Source of the DNA: Candidatus Latescibacterota bacterium
GTDB taxonomy: Bacteria > Latescibacterota > UBA2968 > GCA-2709665
Reading direction: 5' to 3'
DNA length: 64,000 nt
Assembly (NCBI GenBank): GCA_965208835.1
Contig: OZ242358.1
Span: 992,001-1,056,000 of the forward strand
Shown here: piece after piece, positions 1-10,549 of the stretch
Layout of the letters: the number at the start of each line of letters is the position of its first letter
How positions within the stretch are numbered: position 1 is the stretch's first letter
Translations under genes and position numbers: made by a program
Notes under the pieces: generated by a model
What the model was told of the DNA's origin: nothing
The model's input: the letters and a program-made list of their open reading frames with translations, nothing else
The model's database searches: none

Positions 1-342
1 TTCCTTCCGGAACAACATACCGACTTTGTGTTTTCCGTAATCGGTGAGGAGTTTGGTTTCGTGGGCGCAATGCTCGTACTCGCCCTGTTTTTGCTGATCA
101 TCTGGCGTGCCATCCATATCGCCGGCCTTGTAAAGAGCCGGTTTTCGAGTCTGGTAGCCATTGGCCTGGCGACCGTGGTGACCTTTCACGTTTTTGTCAA
201 TATAGGGATGACCGTGGGCGTGGTACCGGTTACCGGCCTTCCGCTGCCGTATTTCAGCTACGGAGGTTCGCAACTCGTGGTCAATCTGATACTCGCCGGC
301 TTGCTGCTCAACATCTATGCCTACAGGCACGAATACTATTAG
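1..342 (+). CDS. rodA: Rod shape-determining protein RodA (SEDS family), 3' part only
   Basis: Frame 1 reads FLPEQHTDFVFSVIGEEFG...PVTGLPLPYFSYGGS, the SEDS C-terminal motifs. LPEQHTDF and PVTG favour RodA over FtsW. Truncated at the window start. Confidence 0.85.
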   Translation, partial: FLPEQHTDFVFSVIGEEFGFVGAMLVLALFLLIIWRAIHIAGLVKSRFSSLVAIGLATVVTFHVFVNIGMTVGVVPVTGLPLPYFSYGGSQLVVNLILAGLLLNIYAYRHEYY

Positions 343-364
343 TACGCACCGTCCTTATTCCGTT

Positions 365-408
365 ACGCAAAGAAAGAGGCGACCGGACGGTCGCCTCTTT
401 CTTTGCGT
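365..408. terminator. Bidirectional intrinsic terminator between convergent rodA and dnaE
   Basis: Long inverted repeat acgcaaagaaagaggcgacc...ggtcgcctctttctttgcgt with A and T tracts. Confidence 0.85.
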
Positions 409-481
409 TCTCGCGTGCGCGAAATCATGTGCCCGCGTGCCGAAATGCAGGGCGCTGAACGGGCCGCCGTGAGTAGCGTAA

Positions 482-3400
482 TCAGGATTTCTGGGATACC
501 CAGGCGCGCCGTTCTCCAAGAAATGCGCCGATTTCAGAGATCAACTCGTCAGAGGGGTTCACCGTCAGCGACCGGGAACGAATTATCTTCGTTTCCCCTT
601 CGCGCAGTTCAAGGTGCAAATAAACCGTACACCCGCCCCTGTGACCTTCAAGCATCGCTTTCAGGTGTTCAAGCGGTTCCGATTTCAGCATCTCCGACGT
701 AAGCTTGACGTTCAGCGCGTCCGCAAGCGTTTCCCTCGCGTGCTCCATCGCCAGGACCTTCTCTACTCGCAGCGATTGTCGACCATTCCGCCCGGAGAGC
801 CTGCCCTGGATCACCACCATTGCGTCTGTTACAAACGAAGCCCTGACCTTCTCGAACGTGTCGGGAAACACAACGAGGTCCATGGCGCCTTCCAGATCCT
901 CGATCGTGCCGAACGCCATTGGACGCCCGTTTCGGTCAGTATGCGACCTGGTTTCGGAAATCAGCCCTCCGAGTTTCACTTCCGCTCCCTCCGGGAGGGC
1001 GCCGACGTCCTGAGACGTACGGATTCCCAGCGCAGCCAGATCCGCCCGGAATCTTTCCAGCGGATGACCGGAGAGATAAAACCCGAGCATTTCCTTTTCG
1101 TGCGCAAGCCTTTCACGCTCCGTCCACTCCGGCTCCTCGGGAAGGACGTGGTTTTTGATGACCGCCGACTGGTCTGCAAGGCCTTCCATGTCGAACAGCG
1201 AAATCTGACGTCGCTGCCGGGTCGCCTGTGCGGACTGACCCGCGTCGAGTGCCCGGTCGAGCCCTTGTAGAAGCTGCGCACGATGCCCCTTCAGACGATC
1301 CATAGCTCCTGCGCGAATCAGGCTCTCGATAGCCCTGCGGTTCACCGCGCGCAAATCCACGCGCTCACAGAACTCGAACAGGGAATTGAACGGTCCGTCG
1401 GTCTCCCGCGCGCTGACAATGGCCTCTACCGCGCCGCGACCCACGTTTCGTACGGCCGCCATTCCCATCAGAATCGCCGTTTCTGAAGCCACGAAGTCCA
1501 CGTAAGAGGTATTCAAGTCAGGGGGCAGGACCTCCAGTTTCATTCGCCGGCACTCTTCAATCAGGACCACCATGCGCTCGATGTTGCCGATTTCACCGTT
1601 GAGGCTGGCGGCCATGTATTCCTGGGGATAATTCGCCTTGAGGTAGGCGTTCCGGTATGCGACAACCGCATACGCCGCCGCGTGTGCTTTGGGGAAAGCA
1701 TAGCCGGCGAATACTTCTATATCTGCGAAGATCTTTCGGGCGAGATTCAGATCCACGCCGTGGGCCTTGCACCCCACGATAAACGCGTCCTTCTGACGGG
1801 CCATTTCTTCGGGCTTTTTCTTGCCAATGGCGTCTCGAAGGATGTCGGCCTGGCCGAGGCTGAATCCCGCCAGAACCTGAACAATCTGCATCACCTGCTC
1901 CTGGTACACCATGATCCCGTATGTATCCTTCAGGATGGGCTCCATCCCGGGATGGTCGTAGACCACCTCTTCTTCTCCGTGTTTGCGTGCGACAAAGTTC
2001 GGAATGTACTGCATCGGTCCCGGTCGATAGAGGGCGTTCATCGCTATGATGTCCTCGATGCGGTCGGGCTTCAGTTGCATCAGGTATTCCCGCATTCCCG
2101 GACTCTCGAACTGGAATACGCCCACAGTTTCGCCGCGTCCGAAGAGTTCCAGCGTTTTCTTGTCGTCTTCAGGAATTCTTGTCAGGTCAAATGCCGGATC
2201 CTCTTTCTTAATCAGATCCACAGTCTCGTCGGCAAGCGAAAGCTCCTTGAGGCCCAGGAAGTCCATCTTCAAAAGGCCGATATCCTCACAAGTCGGCCCG
2301 TCGAACTGGGTTGTCAACTTGCCGTCCTTCGGTGCTTTGTACAAGGGTACGAAATTCGTCAACTCATCCGGTGCGATAATGACCGCGGCCGCGTGAACGG
2401 ACGCGTGGCGGGCCAAACCCTCAAGCCCCCGCGCATGTCGGATCAACTGCGCTTCCGGGCCATCGCCCTCGGCCATTTTCTTCAACTCCGGCACCTGTTG
2501 AATTGCCGTGTCGAGCGTCATCTTCAAGTCGTTGGGCACAAGATTCGCAATCCGGTCGACCTCGCCGAATGACATATCGTGCACGCGGCCTACGTCCCGG
2601 ATTACCGCCTTCGCCTTCAGTGTGCCGAACGTGATGATCTGACACACATTGCGCTCGCCGTACTTCTCAGATACGTACCTGATGACCTGATCTCGCTTCT
2701 TGTCCGAAAAATCGATGTCGATGTCGGGCAGGCTCACGCGTTCGGGGTTAAGGAATCTCTCAAACAGCAGATTGTACTTTATCGGGTCCAGGTCGGTTAT
2801 CCGCAGCGCATACGCCACCAGGCTCCCGGCGCAGGATCCACGTCCCGGACCTACCGAGATTCCGTGCTCCTTCGCGTAGTTGACGTAATCCCACACGATG
2901 AGGAAATATCCCGCAAGTCCCTTGCTTACAATCAGGTCAAGTTCAAATTCCAGCCGTTTGTGCAAGTCCTGCGAGATTGAATCGAATCGTTTCTCCAGCC
3001 CCTCCCGTGCGAGATGTTTGAGGTATTCGTCGGCCGACTCAAATCCCCCCGGCAATGGAAACTCAGGCGCAAGGTAGTCTCCGAACGTGAGTTCCAAGTT
3101 GCTCTTTTCGGCTATCTCCAGCGTCTTCTCCAAAGCTTGGGGAATGTCCGAAAAAAGCGTGTGCATCTCGTCCGCGGATTTGAAATAGACGTCTTCCGGA
3201 TAACACATTCTGCCAGGATCGTTCAGGGTTTTACCGGTCTGTAGAGCCACGAGAACGGCGTGAGCTTCGTGATCGTCGGCGCCTAGAAAATGGGAGTCGT
3301 TCGTCGCCACGAGCGGCACGCCCATTTCACCGTGAATCCTTATGAGGCCGTCGTTGATTCTTGGTTCTCTTTCGATGCCGTGCCGCTGGATTTCCAGGTA

Positions 3401-3916
3401 GTAGTCTTTACCGAAAATGTCGAGATACTCTTCCACGGCGGCCATCGCGACTTTCACGCCCTCGCGCTCGATCAGATGCGGCACCTCGCCGCTCACGCAT
3501 CCCGATAGACAGACCAGCCCCTCGGAGTGTTTTCGTAACAGTTCCTTGTCGATTCTGGGATGGTAATAAAACCCTTCCATGTAGCCGGCCGAGACGAGCT
3601 TTACCAGGTTCTTATACCCGCGCGTGTCTTTCGCAAGCAGCACAAGATGGTTCGCTCCACTGGGCACGCCGCGCGAGGGTTTCCTTTCGAACCGGCTTTC
3701 GATGGCGCAATAGACCTCGCATCCGATTATGGGCTTAACGCCCACCTCTTTCATCGACCTGTAAAAATCCACGGCGCCGAAGAGATTCCCGTGGTCCGTA
3801 ATGGCTGCAGCGGGCATCCCCCACTCGGCGGCCCTTGCGGCAAGGCTGTCAATCTTGCAGGTGCCGTCCAGCAGGCTGTACATACTGTGGCTATGGAGAT
3901 GCACGAATTCGGCCAT
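482..3916 (-). CDS. dnaE: DNA polymerase III alpha subunit
   Basis: Starts MAEFVHLHSHSMYSLLDG (PHP domain). Contains GPGRGS, LPDIDIDF and LLKMDFLGL and a C-terminal OB fold. Start moved from 4084 to ATG 3916. No intein seen. Confidence 0.97.
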   Translation of the reverse strand: MAEFVHLHSHSMYSLLDGTCKIDSLAARAAEWGMPAAAITDHGNLFGAVDFYRSMKEVGVKPIIGCEVYCAIESRFERKPSRGVPSGANHLVLLAKDTRGYKNLVKLVSAGYMEGFYYHPRIDKELLRKHSEGLVCLSGCVSGEVPHLIEREGVKVAMAAVEEYLDIFGKDYYLEIQRHGIEREPRINDGLIRIHGEMGVPLVATNDSHFLGADDHEAHAVLVALQTGKTLNDPGRMCYPEDVYFKSADEMHTLFSDIPQALEKTLEIAEKSNLELTFGDYLAPEFPLPGGFESADEYLKHLAREGLEKRFDSISQDLHKRLEFELDLIVSKGLAGYFLIVWDYVNYAKEHGISVGPGRGSCAGSLVAYALRITDLDPIKYNLLFERFLNPERVSLPDIDIDFSDKKRDQVIRYVSEKYGERNVCQIITFGTLKAKAVIRDVGRVHDMSFGEVDRIANLVPNDLKMTLDTAIQQVPELKKMAEGDGPEAQLIRHARGLEGLARHASVHAAAVIIAPDELTNFVPLYKAPKDGKLTTQFDGPTCEDIGLLKMDFLGLKELSLADETVDLIKKEDPAFDLTRIPEDDKKTLELFGRGETVGVFQFESPGMREYLMQLKPDRIEDIIAMNALYRPGPMQYIPNFVARKHGEEEVVYDHPGMEPILKDTYGIMVYQEQVMQIVQVLAGFSLGQADILRDAIGKKKPEEMARQKDAFIVGCKAHGVDLNLARKIFADIEVFAGYAFPKAHAAAYAVVAYRNAYLKANYPQEYMAASLNGEIGNIERMVVLIEECRRMKLEVLPPDLNTSYVDFVASETAILMGMAAVRNVGRGAVEAIVSARETDGPFNSLFEFCERVDLRAVNRRAIESLIRAGAMDRLKGHRAQLLQGLDRALDAGQSAQATRQRRQISLFDMEGLADQSAVIKNHVLPEEPEWTERERLAHEKEMLGFYLSGHPLERFRADLAALGIRTSQDVGALPEGAEVKLGGLISETRSHTDRNGRPMAFGTIEDLEGAMDLVVFPDTFEKVRASFVTDAMVVIQGRLSGRNGRQSLRVEKVLAMEHARETLADALNVKLTSEMLKSEPLEHLKAMLEGHRGGCTVYLHLELREGETKIIRSRSLTVNPSDELISEIGAFLGERRAWVSQKS

Positions 3917-4055
3917 CGTGAGTTTCTCCGAATGTGCCGGATTGGAAAGGTATTGTCGGGGAGAAGAGGGCTGTCTGGAATGCGGGGCCGTGCCGGGGGA
4001 GGGGGAAAACCGTTGCGTCAGTCGTGGCGAGCACGGATATCCCGGCGATGTAATA

Positions 4056-4084
4056 ATCTTACTTCCGGTCGAACCAAAAGTCAA
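4056..4084 (-). promoter_or_regulatory. Putative sigma70 promoter of dnaE
   Basis: TTGACT-17 nt-TAAGAT on the minus strand. Confidence 0.55.
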
Positions 4085-4360
4085 GCGACAGATTGACAGG
4101 TTTGCTTCACTGAGACTCGCCGGAACAATCAGCTGGAATCACGGCCGTGGCGTTTTCACCCTGCGTACTGAACGGACTGTCACCAGCCGCGACACGTCGT
4201 CGCCGTTTGAGGGAAATCACCCGCAGCGCCGCGTCCGGATCTGCCCGGTGTTCGGGGTGTTTTGGCGGGCAAATGGCGTTTTTCAATTGGACTTCCCACG
4301 CCATTGCGTTACTTTAACGAGGTTGTGACGACACCCGCCCCTTAATCCGGTTTCCACACG

Positions 4361-5641
4361 ATGTCCGACATTCTTGAAGTCCATCCAATCCGGCGGCGCG
4401 TCGACGTCGACGTGTCAGTGCCGGGATCCAAGTCCTACACCAACCGGGCGCTGCTGATCGCGGCACTTGCCGACGGGCGGAGTCGCCTTCCGGGCGCACT
4501 CGAAAGCGACGACACCCGATATATGGCCCGCGCGCTTTCAGCCCTGGGCGTCCGTATTCGGATTGAAGGCGAGAGCATCCTCATTGTCGACGGCGCGGGG
4601 GGACGCGTTCCCGTACCGAGCGCCGAACTCTTCGTGGGCAACTCTGGCACTGCCGCCCGGTTTCTTACCGGTTATGTCTCGCTGGGAAATGGCACCTTTA
4701 CGCTGGACGGCGCTCCCCGCATGAGAGAGCGGCCGATCCAGGACCTGATCGACGGCCTGCGACCCCTGGGGGTTTGCGCGCGGAGCCTGGCGGGAAACGG
4801 GTGTCCGCCGGTCGTTGTCGACGGAGCCGGTCTCGAGGGAGGCCTGACGCAGATGCCGGGAGACCGTAGCAGCCAGTATCTTTCCGCCCTTCTCATGGTT
4901 TCGCCGTACGCGCGAAAGGACGTCGAGATCCGCGTTACCGGCAACCTGGTCTCCAGGCCCTACATCGACATGACCTTACATATTATGCGCGACTTTGGTG
5001 TGAATGTCGACACCTGCGACGCCGACATCTTCCACGTGAAAGCGGGACAGCGCTACACACCCGCGGAGTATCCCATCGAGCCGGACGCCTCCAACGCTTC
5101 GTACTTCTTTGCCGCCGCGGCGCTTACGGGCGGTCGGATCAAGGTGCGCAACCTCTCCCGGGCGTCCGCACAGGGCGACGTGGCATTCGTGGACGTTCTG
5201 GGCAGAATGGGCTGCGCCGTCAGTAACAGGCGGGACGGCATCGAAGTCCACGGCCCGGAACGGCTTTCCGGCATCGATGTGGACATGAACGCAATGCCTG
5301 ACGTGGTTCAGACCCTCTGCGCGCTCGCTCCATTTGCAACCGGGCCGGTAACGGTGCGCAACATCGCCAATCTGCGCATCAAGGAGACCGACCGCATCGC
5401 TGCTGTCGCGGCCGAACTGAACAAACTGGGGGTTCGTTCGGACGCCCGGCCTGACTCACTGACAGTTTATCCCTCTGCGCAAATTCGTCCGGCCGAACTC
5501 GACACGTACGAGGATCACCGCATGGCCATGAGCATGGCGCTGATCGGCCTTAAAGCGCCGGGCATCGCGATACGGAATCCGACCTGCGTCGATAAGTCCT
5601 TCCCGTCGTACTTTCAATGCCTCGACGCGTTGCGGAGATAG
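4361..5641 (+). CDS. aroA: 3-phosphoshikimate 1-carboxyvinyltransferase (EPSP synthase)
   Basis: VPGSKSYTNRAL, GNSGTAARFL, SSQYLSALL, LRIKETDRI and EDHRMAM motifs. Confidence 0.97.
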   Translation: MSDILEVHPIRRRVDVDVSVPGSKSYTNRALLIAALADGRSRLPGALESDDTRYMARALSALGVRIRIEGESILIVDGAGGRVPVPSAELFVGNSGTAARFLTGYVSLGNGTFTLDGAPRMRERPIQDLIDGLRPLGVCARSLAGNGCPPVVVDGAGLEGGLTQMPGDRSSQYLSALLMVSPYARKDVEIRVTGNLVSRPYIDMTLHIMRDFGVNVDTCDADIFHVKAGQRYTPAEYPIEPDASNASYFFAAAALTGGRIKVRNLSRASAQGDVAFVDVLGRMGCAVSNRRDGIEVHGPERLSGIDVDMNAMPDVVQTLCALAPFATGPVTVRNIANLRIKETDRIAAVAAELNKLGVRSDARPDSLTVYPSAQIRPAELDTYEDHRMAMSMALIGLKAPGIAIRNPTCVDKSFPSYFQCLDALRR

Positions 5642-5668
5642 ATGCGACGCAAGGCCCGGACCGCGTCG

Positions 5669-6532
5669 CTATCGTCGCCGCCTTTCTGTCGAGCGCGCTT
5701 TTTTCCCTCGGCGGACACGGTCTCGTTCGAGGATCCTCTTCTTGATTTCCTGAAACCGCCGGGAATCTGACGTCAAGCCGGCCTTGGCGGGCAGTTCCCC
5801 AATCTGAGCCCGCACATTCTCAACACGCTCCCTGCTGGGAGGGTGCGTGGAAAACATAACCTCCAGCCTACCTGGCTCGTTCTCCCGCAAGGCCACCAGC
5901 TTCTGGAAAAACGTAGCAGTCCCTCTCGGATCGATCCCTGACGCGTAAGTAGCATCCACGGCAAACCGGTCGGCTTCCCGTTCGGCGTCGCGCCCGTACT
6001 TCAATTGCCCCATACCCTTCCAGAGAGCGGCGATCTGCCTGAGCGCATGCCGCCGCACCGACGCGTTCTCTCCGCCCAGAGTCGCGTCCAGAATCACCGC
6101 CGCGCCAAACTCCCTGCTGATGGCTCTGGCGCCGTGTTTCCTATCCACATGACCGATTTCGTGTGCGATGACCGCTGCCAGCTCCGATTCGTTTTCCGCT
6201 GTTGTAATTAGCCCACGGTTGACGTACAGCCAGCCGCCCGGAAGCGCGAAAGCGTTTACTTCGTCAGTATCCACGACCTTGAAAAAGTACTTCAGACCGG
6301 AACGACGCGAGTACCGCGCGAGCATCTGGCCGAGGCTGTTGATGTACGCCGTTACGGCAGGGTCGTTGTAGAGCGTGAGATCACGTTCGATCACCCGTGC
6401 CGTTTCGCGGCCGATCTGGACTTCCTCCTCGGTGGTCAATATGTTGAACCGGCCAATCGTCGCGCACGACGCCATCGATCCGACCAGGCAGACCGTAATC
6501 AACCGACGCAGGCAAGTCATCCCTGACATCAC
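5669..6532 (-). CDS. M48 family zinc metallopeptidase, predicted lipoprotein
   Basis: VNAFALPGG, HEIGH (HExxH), EREAD and STHP motifs, with a lipobox-like LVGSMAS-C. Confidence 0.9.
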   Translation of the reverse strand: MMSGMTCLRRLITVCLVGSMASCATIGRFNILTTEEEVQIGRETARVIERDLTLYNDPAVTAYINSLGQMLARYSRRSGLKYFFKVVDTDEVNAFALPGGWLYVNRGLITTAENESELAAVIAHEIGHVDRKHGARAISREFGAAVILDATLGGENASVRRHALRQIAALWKGMGQLKYGRDAEREADRFAVDATYASGIDPRGTATFFQKLVALRENEPGRLEVMFSTHPPSRERVENVRAQIGELPAKAGLTSDSRRFQEIKKRILERDRVRRGKKARSTERRRR

Positions 6533-6544
6533 GAGTGCGGCCTT

Positions 6545-7447
6545 TCACTGAGTGTCGATTTGCAGCGTTCCCCGACTTCCGTCCACGGTCGCCCGGAGGC
6601 CGATCGGCAGCACGCGCCGTCCCTCGCCGTGCCCATAAGGCAGTCCCTGGAAAACCGGTACGGCAACGGACGATGAAAAACCGCGCAGGACGTCGTCCAC
6701 GGTACCCTCCTCTTCCCGTTCCGGCTCGCAACCCTCGAATCTTCCGAACACCACGCCGGCCACGCGATCGAACACGCCCGCCATTCGGAGCTGCGTCAAC
6801 AGGCGGTCGACCCGGTAGGGGGCTTCGTTCACGTCTTCCAGAAAGAGAAGTGCACCACTCGTATCCGGCATATATCCGGTACCCATGAGCGAGGCGATCA
6901 CCGAGAGGCAGCCGCCCAGCAGCTTCCCTTCCGCGAATCGTCCCCTCATTGCGGCGACACCGACCATCTCCTCGAACCGCCCGCACATGAGCGCATTCCA
7001 GAGAGACGTTTCCGTTGCCTCCGGCATTCCTGATGCCGCAACGTCACCGCAAAGTGTCACGCCGGAATAGCTCACCAAACCGGTGCGGCCGTAAATCCCC
7101 AACTGAATCGCGGTCGTATCGCTGAAACCCACCAGGGGCTTCGGGCATTTCCGGATTCCCTCGTAGTCCAGAAGCCCAAGTACCCGCGCTGCCCCGAATC
7201 CTCCGCGGGTCACAAAGACGGCCCGGACCTCCGGGTCGGCGAACATGACGTTCAGGTCCTTCGCACGGTCCGGATCCTGTCCCGCGAGGTACCGGTCCCG
7301 GTCGTAGACCGCCGATCCGACCCTCACCCGGAAGCCCCTGTTCCGGAGATACGAGAGGCCCGGACGCAATCGCTCCCGTTCGAATGATCCGGAAGGCGAC
7401 ACGATTCCGATGAGGTCGCCAGGTTGTATATACGGCGGAACAACCAA
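6545..7447 (-). CDS. ldcA: LD-carboxypeptidase (peptidase S66, LdcA-like)
   Basis: RGGFGA, GFSDTT (catalytic Ser), LFLEDVNE (Glu) and YGHG (His). Confidence 0.88.
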   Translation of the reverse strand: MVVPPYIQPGDLIGIVSPSGSFERERLRPGLSYLRNRGFRVRVGSAVYDRDRYLAGQDPDRAKDLNVMFADPEVRAVFVTRGGFGAARVLGLLDYEGIRKCPKPLVGFSDTTAIQLGIYGRTGLVSYSGVTLCGDVAASGMPEATETSLWNALMCGRFEEMVGVAAMRGRFAEGKLLGGCLSVIASLMGTGYMPDTSGALLFLEDVNEAPYRVDRLLTQLRMAGVFDRVAGVVFGRFEGCEPEREEEGTVDDVLRGFSSSVAVPVFQGLPYGHGEGRRVLPIGLRATVDGSRGTLQIDTQ

Positions 7448-7482
7448 ACAAACGCTCCCAAATTTAAATCAAGCGACTCCTG

Positions 7483-7557
7483 GTGTACTGTCCAGGAAAC
7501 AAGCTGCCTAAATTCGACTCGACGGTCGAATGGTGAGGAATTTTTGGGACAGGACAC
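7483..7557. mobile_element. MITE family C, internally deleted 75 bp copy
   Basis: Ends gtgtactgtccagg.../...tgggacaggacac are imperfect inverted repeats. Both halves match the ends of the 52699-52905 element in reverse orientation. Confidence 0.7.
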
Positions 7558-7574
7558 TCGTGGGCGAAGAAACG

Positions 7575-8939
7575 TCAGGACGCGATTGAGTTCAATATCC
7601 CATTGGCGAAATCAGTCAGCGTGTCGTCACGTGCGCCCATAATCACCACCCTGTCCCCGGGCCGCGCTTCTTCGGTGAACCGGCGCGCGATTTCTGCTCG
7701 CCCGTTGTAGAACGCCGCCTCGACACCCTGCCCCGAAATGGCTTCGACCAGGTCCCGAGACGAAATGTCGCGTACCGCGGTTCCGCCCGCGTAGAAAATT
7801 TCCGGCATGGCAAGCACGTCGCGACTTTCCAGTCCCTCCGCAAATGCGGCGATCAGTCCGTCCCTGAGGAACCGTGTGGGCTCAAATCCGGTTGGCTGGA
7901 ACATCACCAGCAACCGTCCGGGCTGTTCTCTCAGCGTTGATAGCGTGGCTGCAATCTTGTCAGGATTGTGCGCGAAGTCGTCGATCACCGTCACGCCGCA
8001 CGCGGTACCCAGCACCTGCAGGCGCCGCCGGATACCCGCGAAAGTCGCCAGCGCGGCGGCCGATTGCCGGACGGGAACGCCTAACGCCCAGCAGGCGGCC
8101 ACGGCCGCGACGGCGTTCGAAACATTGTGCCTGCCCGGCACCTTGAGGCGAAACCCGGTCCCGCCGACTTCAAACGCCACGCCATCCGCCATCGGCCGGA
8201 CATCTTCGGCGCGGACCTGCGCGCGGCAATTCTCCACGCCGAATCCGATACCCTCCACGTCGAGTTCCGCGGTTAGCTCGCAGTCCGTGTTGATGACGGC
8301 CCCCCGGCGGGCCTTTAGTACAAATTCCCGGAACATCTCACGCAGTTCCTCAAGCGGCTTGTGGTCCAGCGAAATATTGGTCAGAACCGAAATTGAAGGC
8401 TCGTACAAGACAATCGTGCCGTCGCTCTCATCCGCCTCGATCACCTGCAGACCGGGGTCGCCGCAGATGGCGTTACCCGTCGGAGTCGGCGAGTCGTTCA
8501 GGAGCGAACCCCCAAGAATCGCTGTTGGGTTTCGGCCCGCCTGCTGCAGGATGTGACCGATCATGCCCGCAACCGTTGTCTTTCCACTCGTACCGCCAAC
8601 GGCCACGCCCTCCACCCGGTTGAATAGTTCGGCCAGCACCTCCGCGCGCTTTCGCACCGGGATCGCCCGCCGCAACGCGGCGCGAACGTCGGGGACGTGT
8701 TCCTCCACCGCGGCTGACACGATCATTTCGTCCACGGAATCGTCAACGCCCGACCCATCCTGGGGAAACAACACGATGCCATGGGCGCGGAGCATCTCGA
8801 AGAGTTCCGCACTCTTGCCGTGATCCCGGCGCCGGTCGGACCCGCGCACCGCATGCCCGTGGTGGCGCAGCACCTGCGCCAGCGCGCTCATTCCACTTCC
8901 CCCGATACCGCAGAAAAAAAACGTCTTGATGGCCGCCAC
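7575..8939 (-). CDS. MurC/Mpl-like UDP-MurNAc peptide ligase (probable recycling paralog)
   Basis: GIGGSGMSALA, GTSGKTT, EADESDG and DDFAHNP motifs. FQPTGF replaces the canonical MurC FQPHRY. Lies next to ldcA, not in a dcw cluster. Confidence 0.85.
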   Translation of the reverse strand: MAAIKTFFFCGIGGSGMSALAQVLRHHGHAVRGSDRRRDHGKSAELFEMLRAHGIVLFPQDGSGVDDSVDEMIVSAAVEEHVPDVRAALRRAIPVRKRAEVLAELFNRVEGVAVGGTSGKTTVAGMIGHILQQAGRNPTAILGGSLLNDSPTPTGNAICGDPGLQVIEADESDGTIVLYEPSISVLTNISLDHKPLEELREMFREFVLKARRGAVINTDCELTAELDVEGIGFGVENCRAQVRAEDVRPMADGVAFEVGGTGFRLKVPGRHNVSNAVAAVAACWALGVPVRQSAAALATFAGIRRRLQVLGTACGVTVIDDFAHNPDKIAATLSTLREQPGRLLVMFQPTGFEPTRFLRDGLIAAFAEGLESRDVLAMPEIFYAGGTAVRDISSRDLVEAISGQGVEAAFYNGRAEIARRFTEEARPGDRVVIMGARDDTLTDFANGILNSIAS

Positions 8940-8981
8940 TTCCTCTCCTTTCGCCGTTCAGCCGAAACGCGATGTGACTCC

Positions 8982-9010
8982 ATACTAAAGACCTACGCAG
9001 GGATTGTCAA
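8982..9010 (-). promoter_or_regulatory. Putative sigma70 promoter of the mur ligase-ldcA-M48 operon
   Basis: TTGACA-17 nt-TAGTAT on the minus strand. Confidence 0.6.
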
Positions 9011-9150
9011 GTGTACCGGAAAATCGACGGGAATCCGATACTCGAAGATCGACCGTCGCCTTGCGCGGCGGTAGCGGCGGCACAAGGGCGTCCGCTGGGC
9101 GGAGGAGGCCATGAGTCCGTTTCCGGACGGTTTTCGCGGGGCTTCTGTCA

Positions 9151-9179
9151 TTGACACACCGCCGGGTGTACAGTATATT
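9151..9179 (+). promoter_or_regulatory. Putative sigma70 promoter
   Basis: TTGACA-17 nt-TATATT upstream of 9241. Confidence 0.65.
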
Positions 9180-9240
9180 TGCACCTCTGGTCTTCAAGCA
9201 CGTCTCGTATTACAACCTCCTATTATACAAGGAGTTCGAC

Positions 9241-10443
9241 ATGGGCGGCGTGTTTCGTCACGTGCTAACCGACGCGGATCGCGGCCACTGGGTCGAGTCC
9301 GGATGCGTGGATGAGGAAACCCTTTCCCTGGGTACCGGATATGGGTGGAGGGTAGAAAAGAAAACCCTTCACGGCGGGCTGCAGGCGGGCATCGACCTCG
9401 TTGAAGTGGACAACGGCGCCTTCTCATTCACGATTGTGCCGACTCGCGGCATGGGCATCTGGAAGGGCGCCTACCGGGAAATTCCTCTCGGCTGGGAATC
9501 CCCCGTTCGGGACCTGGTTCACCCGGCACACGTCGACGCCAACGACCGGGGGGGCCTGGGCTGGCTGAAAGGCTTCAATGAGTGGATCGTTCGCTGCGGC
9601 ATGGAAAGCAACGGCGCGCCGACGAACGACGTGGTCATCGACAACAACGGCAACGAAGCCACGGTATTCCTTCCACTACATGGAAAAATCGCAAACATCC
9701 CCGCACGTCAGGTCGAGGTTCGCATCGACCTGTCCCCGCCGCATCGCATCACCGTGGTTGGCGTTGTGGACGAAGCCATGATGTTCGGTCCCGCGCTGCG
9801 GTTGACCACGCGTATTTCCACGGTTCCAGGGGCCAACACCTTTACCATTTCAGACCGGATCACCAATCTCAACAACAAGCCCGCCGAAATGCAGATGTTG
9901 TACCACTGCAATTACGGCCCCCCGCTGCTGGAAGAGGGCAGCACCCTGGTGGCGCCGGTGAGATCCGTATCCCCGAGAGACGTCACGGCGCAGAAGGGGG
10001 CCGCCGCATATAGCAGGTTCGGGGCGCCGGAGTCCGGCTTTGTCGAACAGGTCTACTTTTACGAACTGGCGGGAAAGCGGGGCAGCGGACAGACGGCGGT
10101 CTTGCTCAAAAACGCCAAAGGAGACCTGGGTTCCAGTCTGCACTGTTCGCTCAACCAGTTGCCCTGCTTTACACTCTGGAAAAATACCGCGGCAACCGAT
10201 GACGGATACGTCACCGGCCTGGAACCCGCCACCAACTATCCGAATCCGAAGCCTTTCGAACGCGAACAGGGACGGGTAATCAGGCTCGACGCCGGCGAGA
10301 CCCGCCGGATGGACCTTACCGTTGCTGTCCATGACGGCAGAAAGAAGGTCCGGAACGTCGAGCGGTCCATCAAGCAGATTCAGAAGAACGTAAAAGCCAG
10401 AGTTTCCACAACGCCCATCAAGAGGATTTCCGGGGCGAAGTAG
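9241..10443 (+). CDS. Aldose 1-epimerase-like protein (DUF4432 type)
   Basis: AAGGAG RBS before ATG 9241. Motifs [23 protein letters not shown] and [13 protein letters not shown]. Confidence 0.8.
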   Translation: MGGVFRHVLTDADRGHWVESGCVDEETLSLGTGYGWRVEKKTLHGGLQAGIDLVEVDNGAFSFTIVPTRGMGIWKGAYREIPLGWESPVRDLVHPAHVDANDRGGLGWLKGFNEWIVRCGMESNGAPTNDVVIDNNGNEATVFLPLHGKIANIPARQVEVRIDLSPPHRITVVGVVDEAMMFGPALRLTTRISTVPGANTFTISDRITNLNNKPAEMQMLYHCNYGPPLLEEGSTLVAPVRSVSPRDVTAQKGAAAYSRFGAPESGFVEQVYFYELAGKRGSGQTAVLLKNAKGDLGSSLHCSLNQLPCFTLWKNTAATDDGYVTGLEPATNYPNPKPFEREQGRVIRLDAGETRRMDLTVAVHDGRKKVRNVERSIKQIQKNVKARVSTTPIKRISGAK

Positions 10444-10549
10444 CGCCGCTGCGCGCTCCGCACGCCTGTGTCTTTCCGGGGTCCTTCATTTTGTTTCCCC
10501 GGCAGCTAACCGGAAATCGCGTGACGGATATTGCGAAAGGACAACAATC

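Noticed and set aside
4090-4300. Possible ncRNA or small ORF between dnaE and aroA
   Set aside because: No recognisable RNA motif or RBS. Divergent promoters explain the region.
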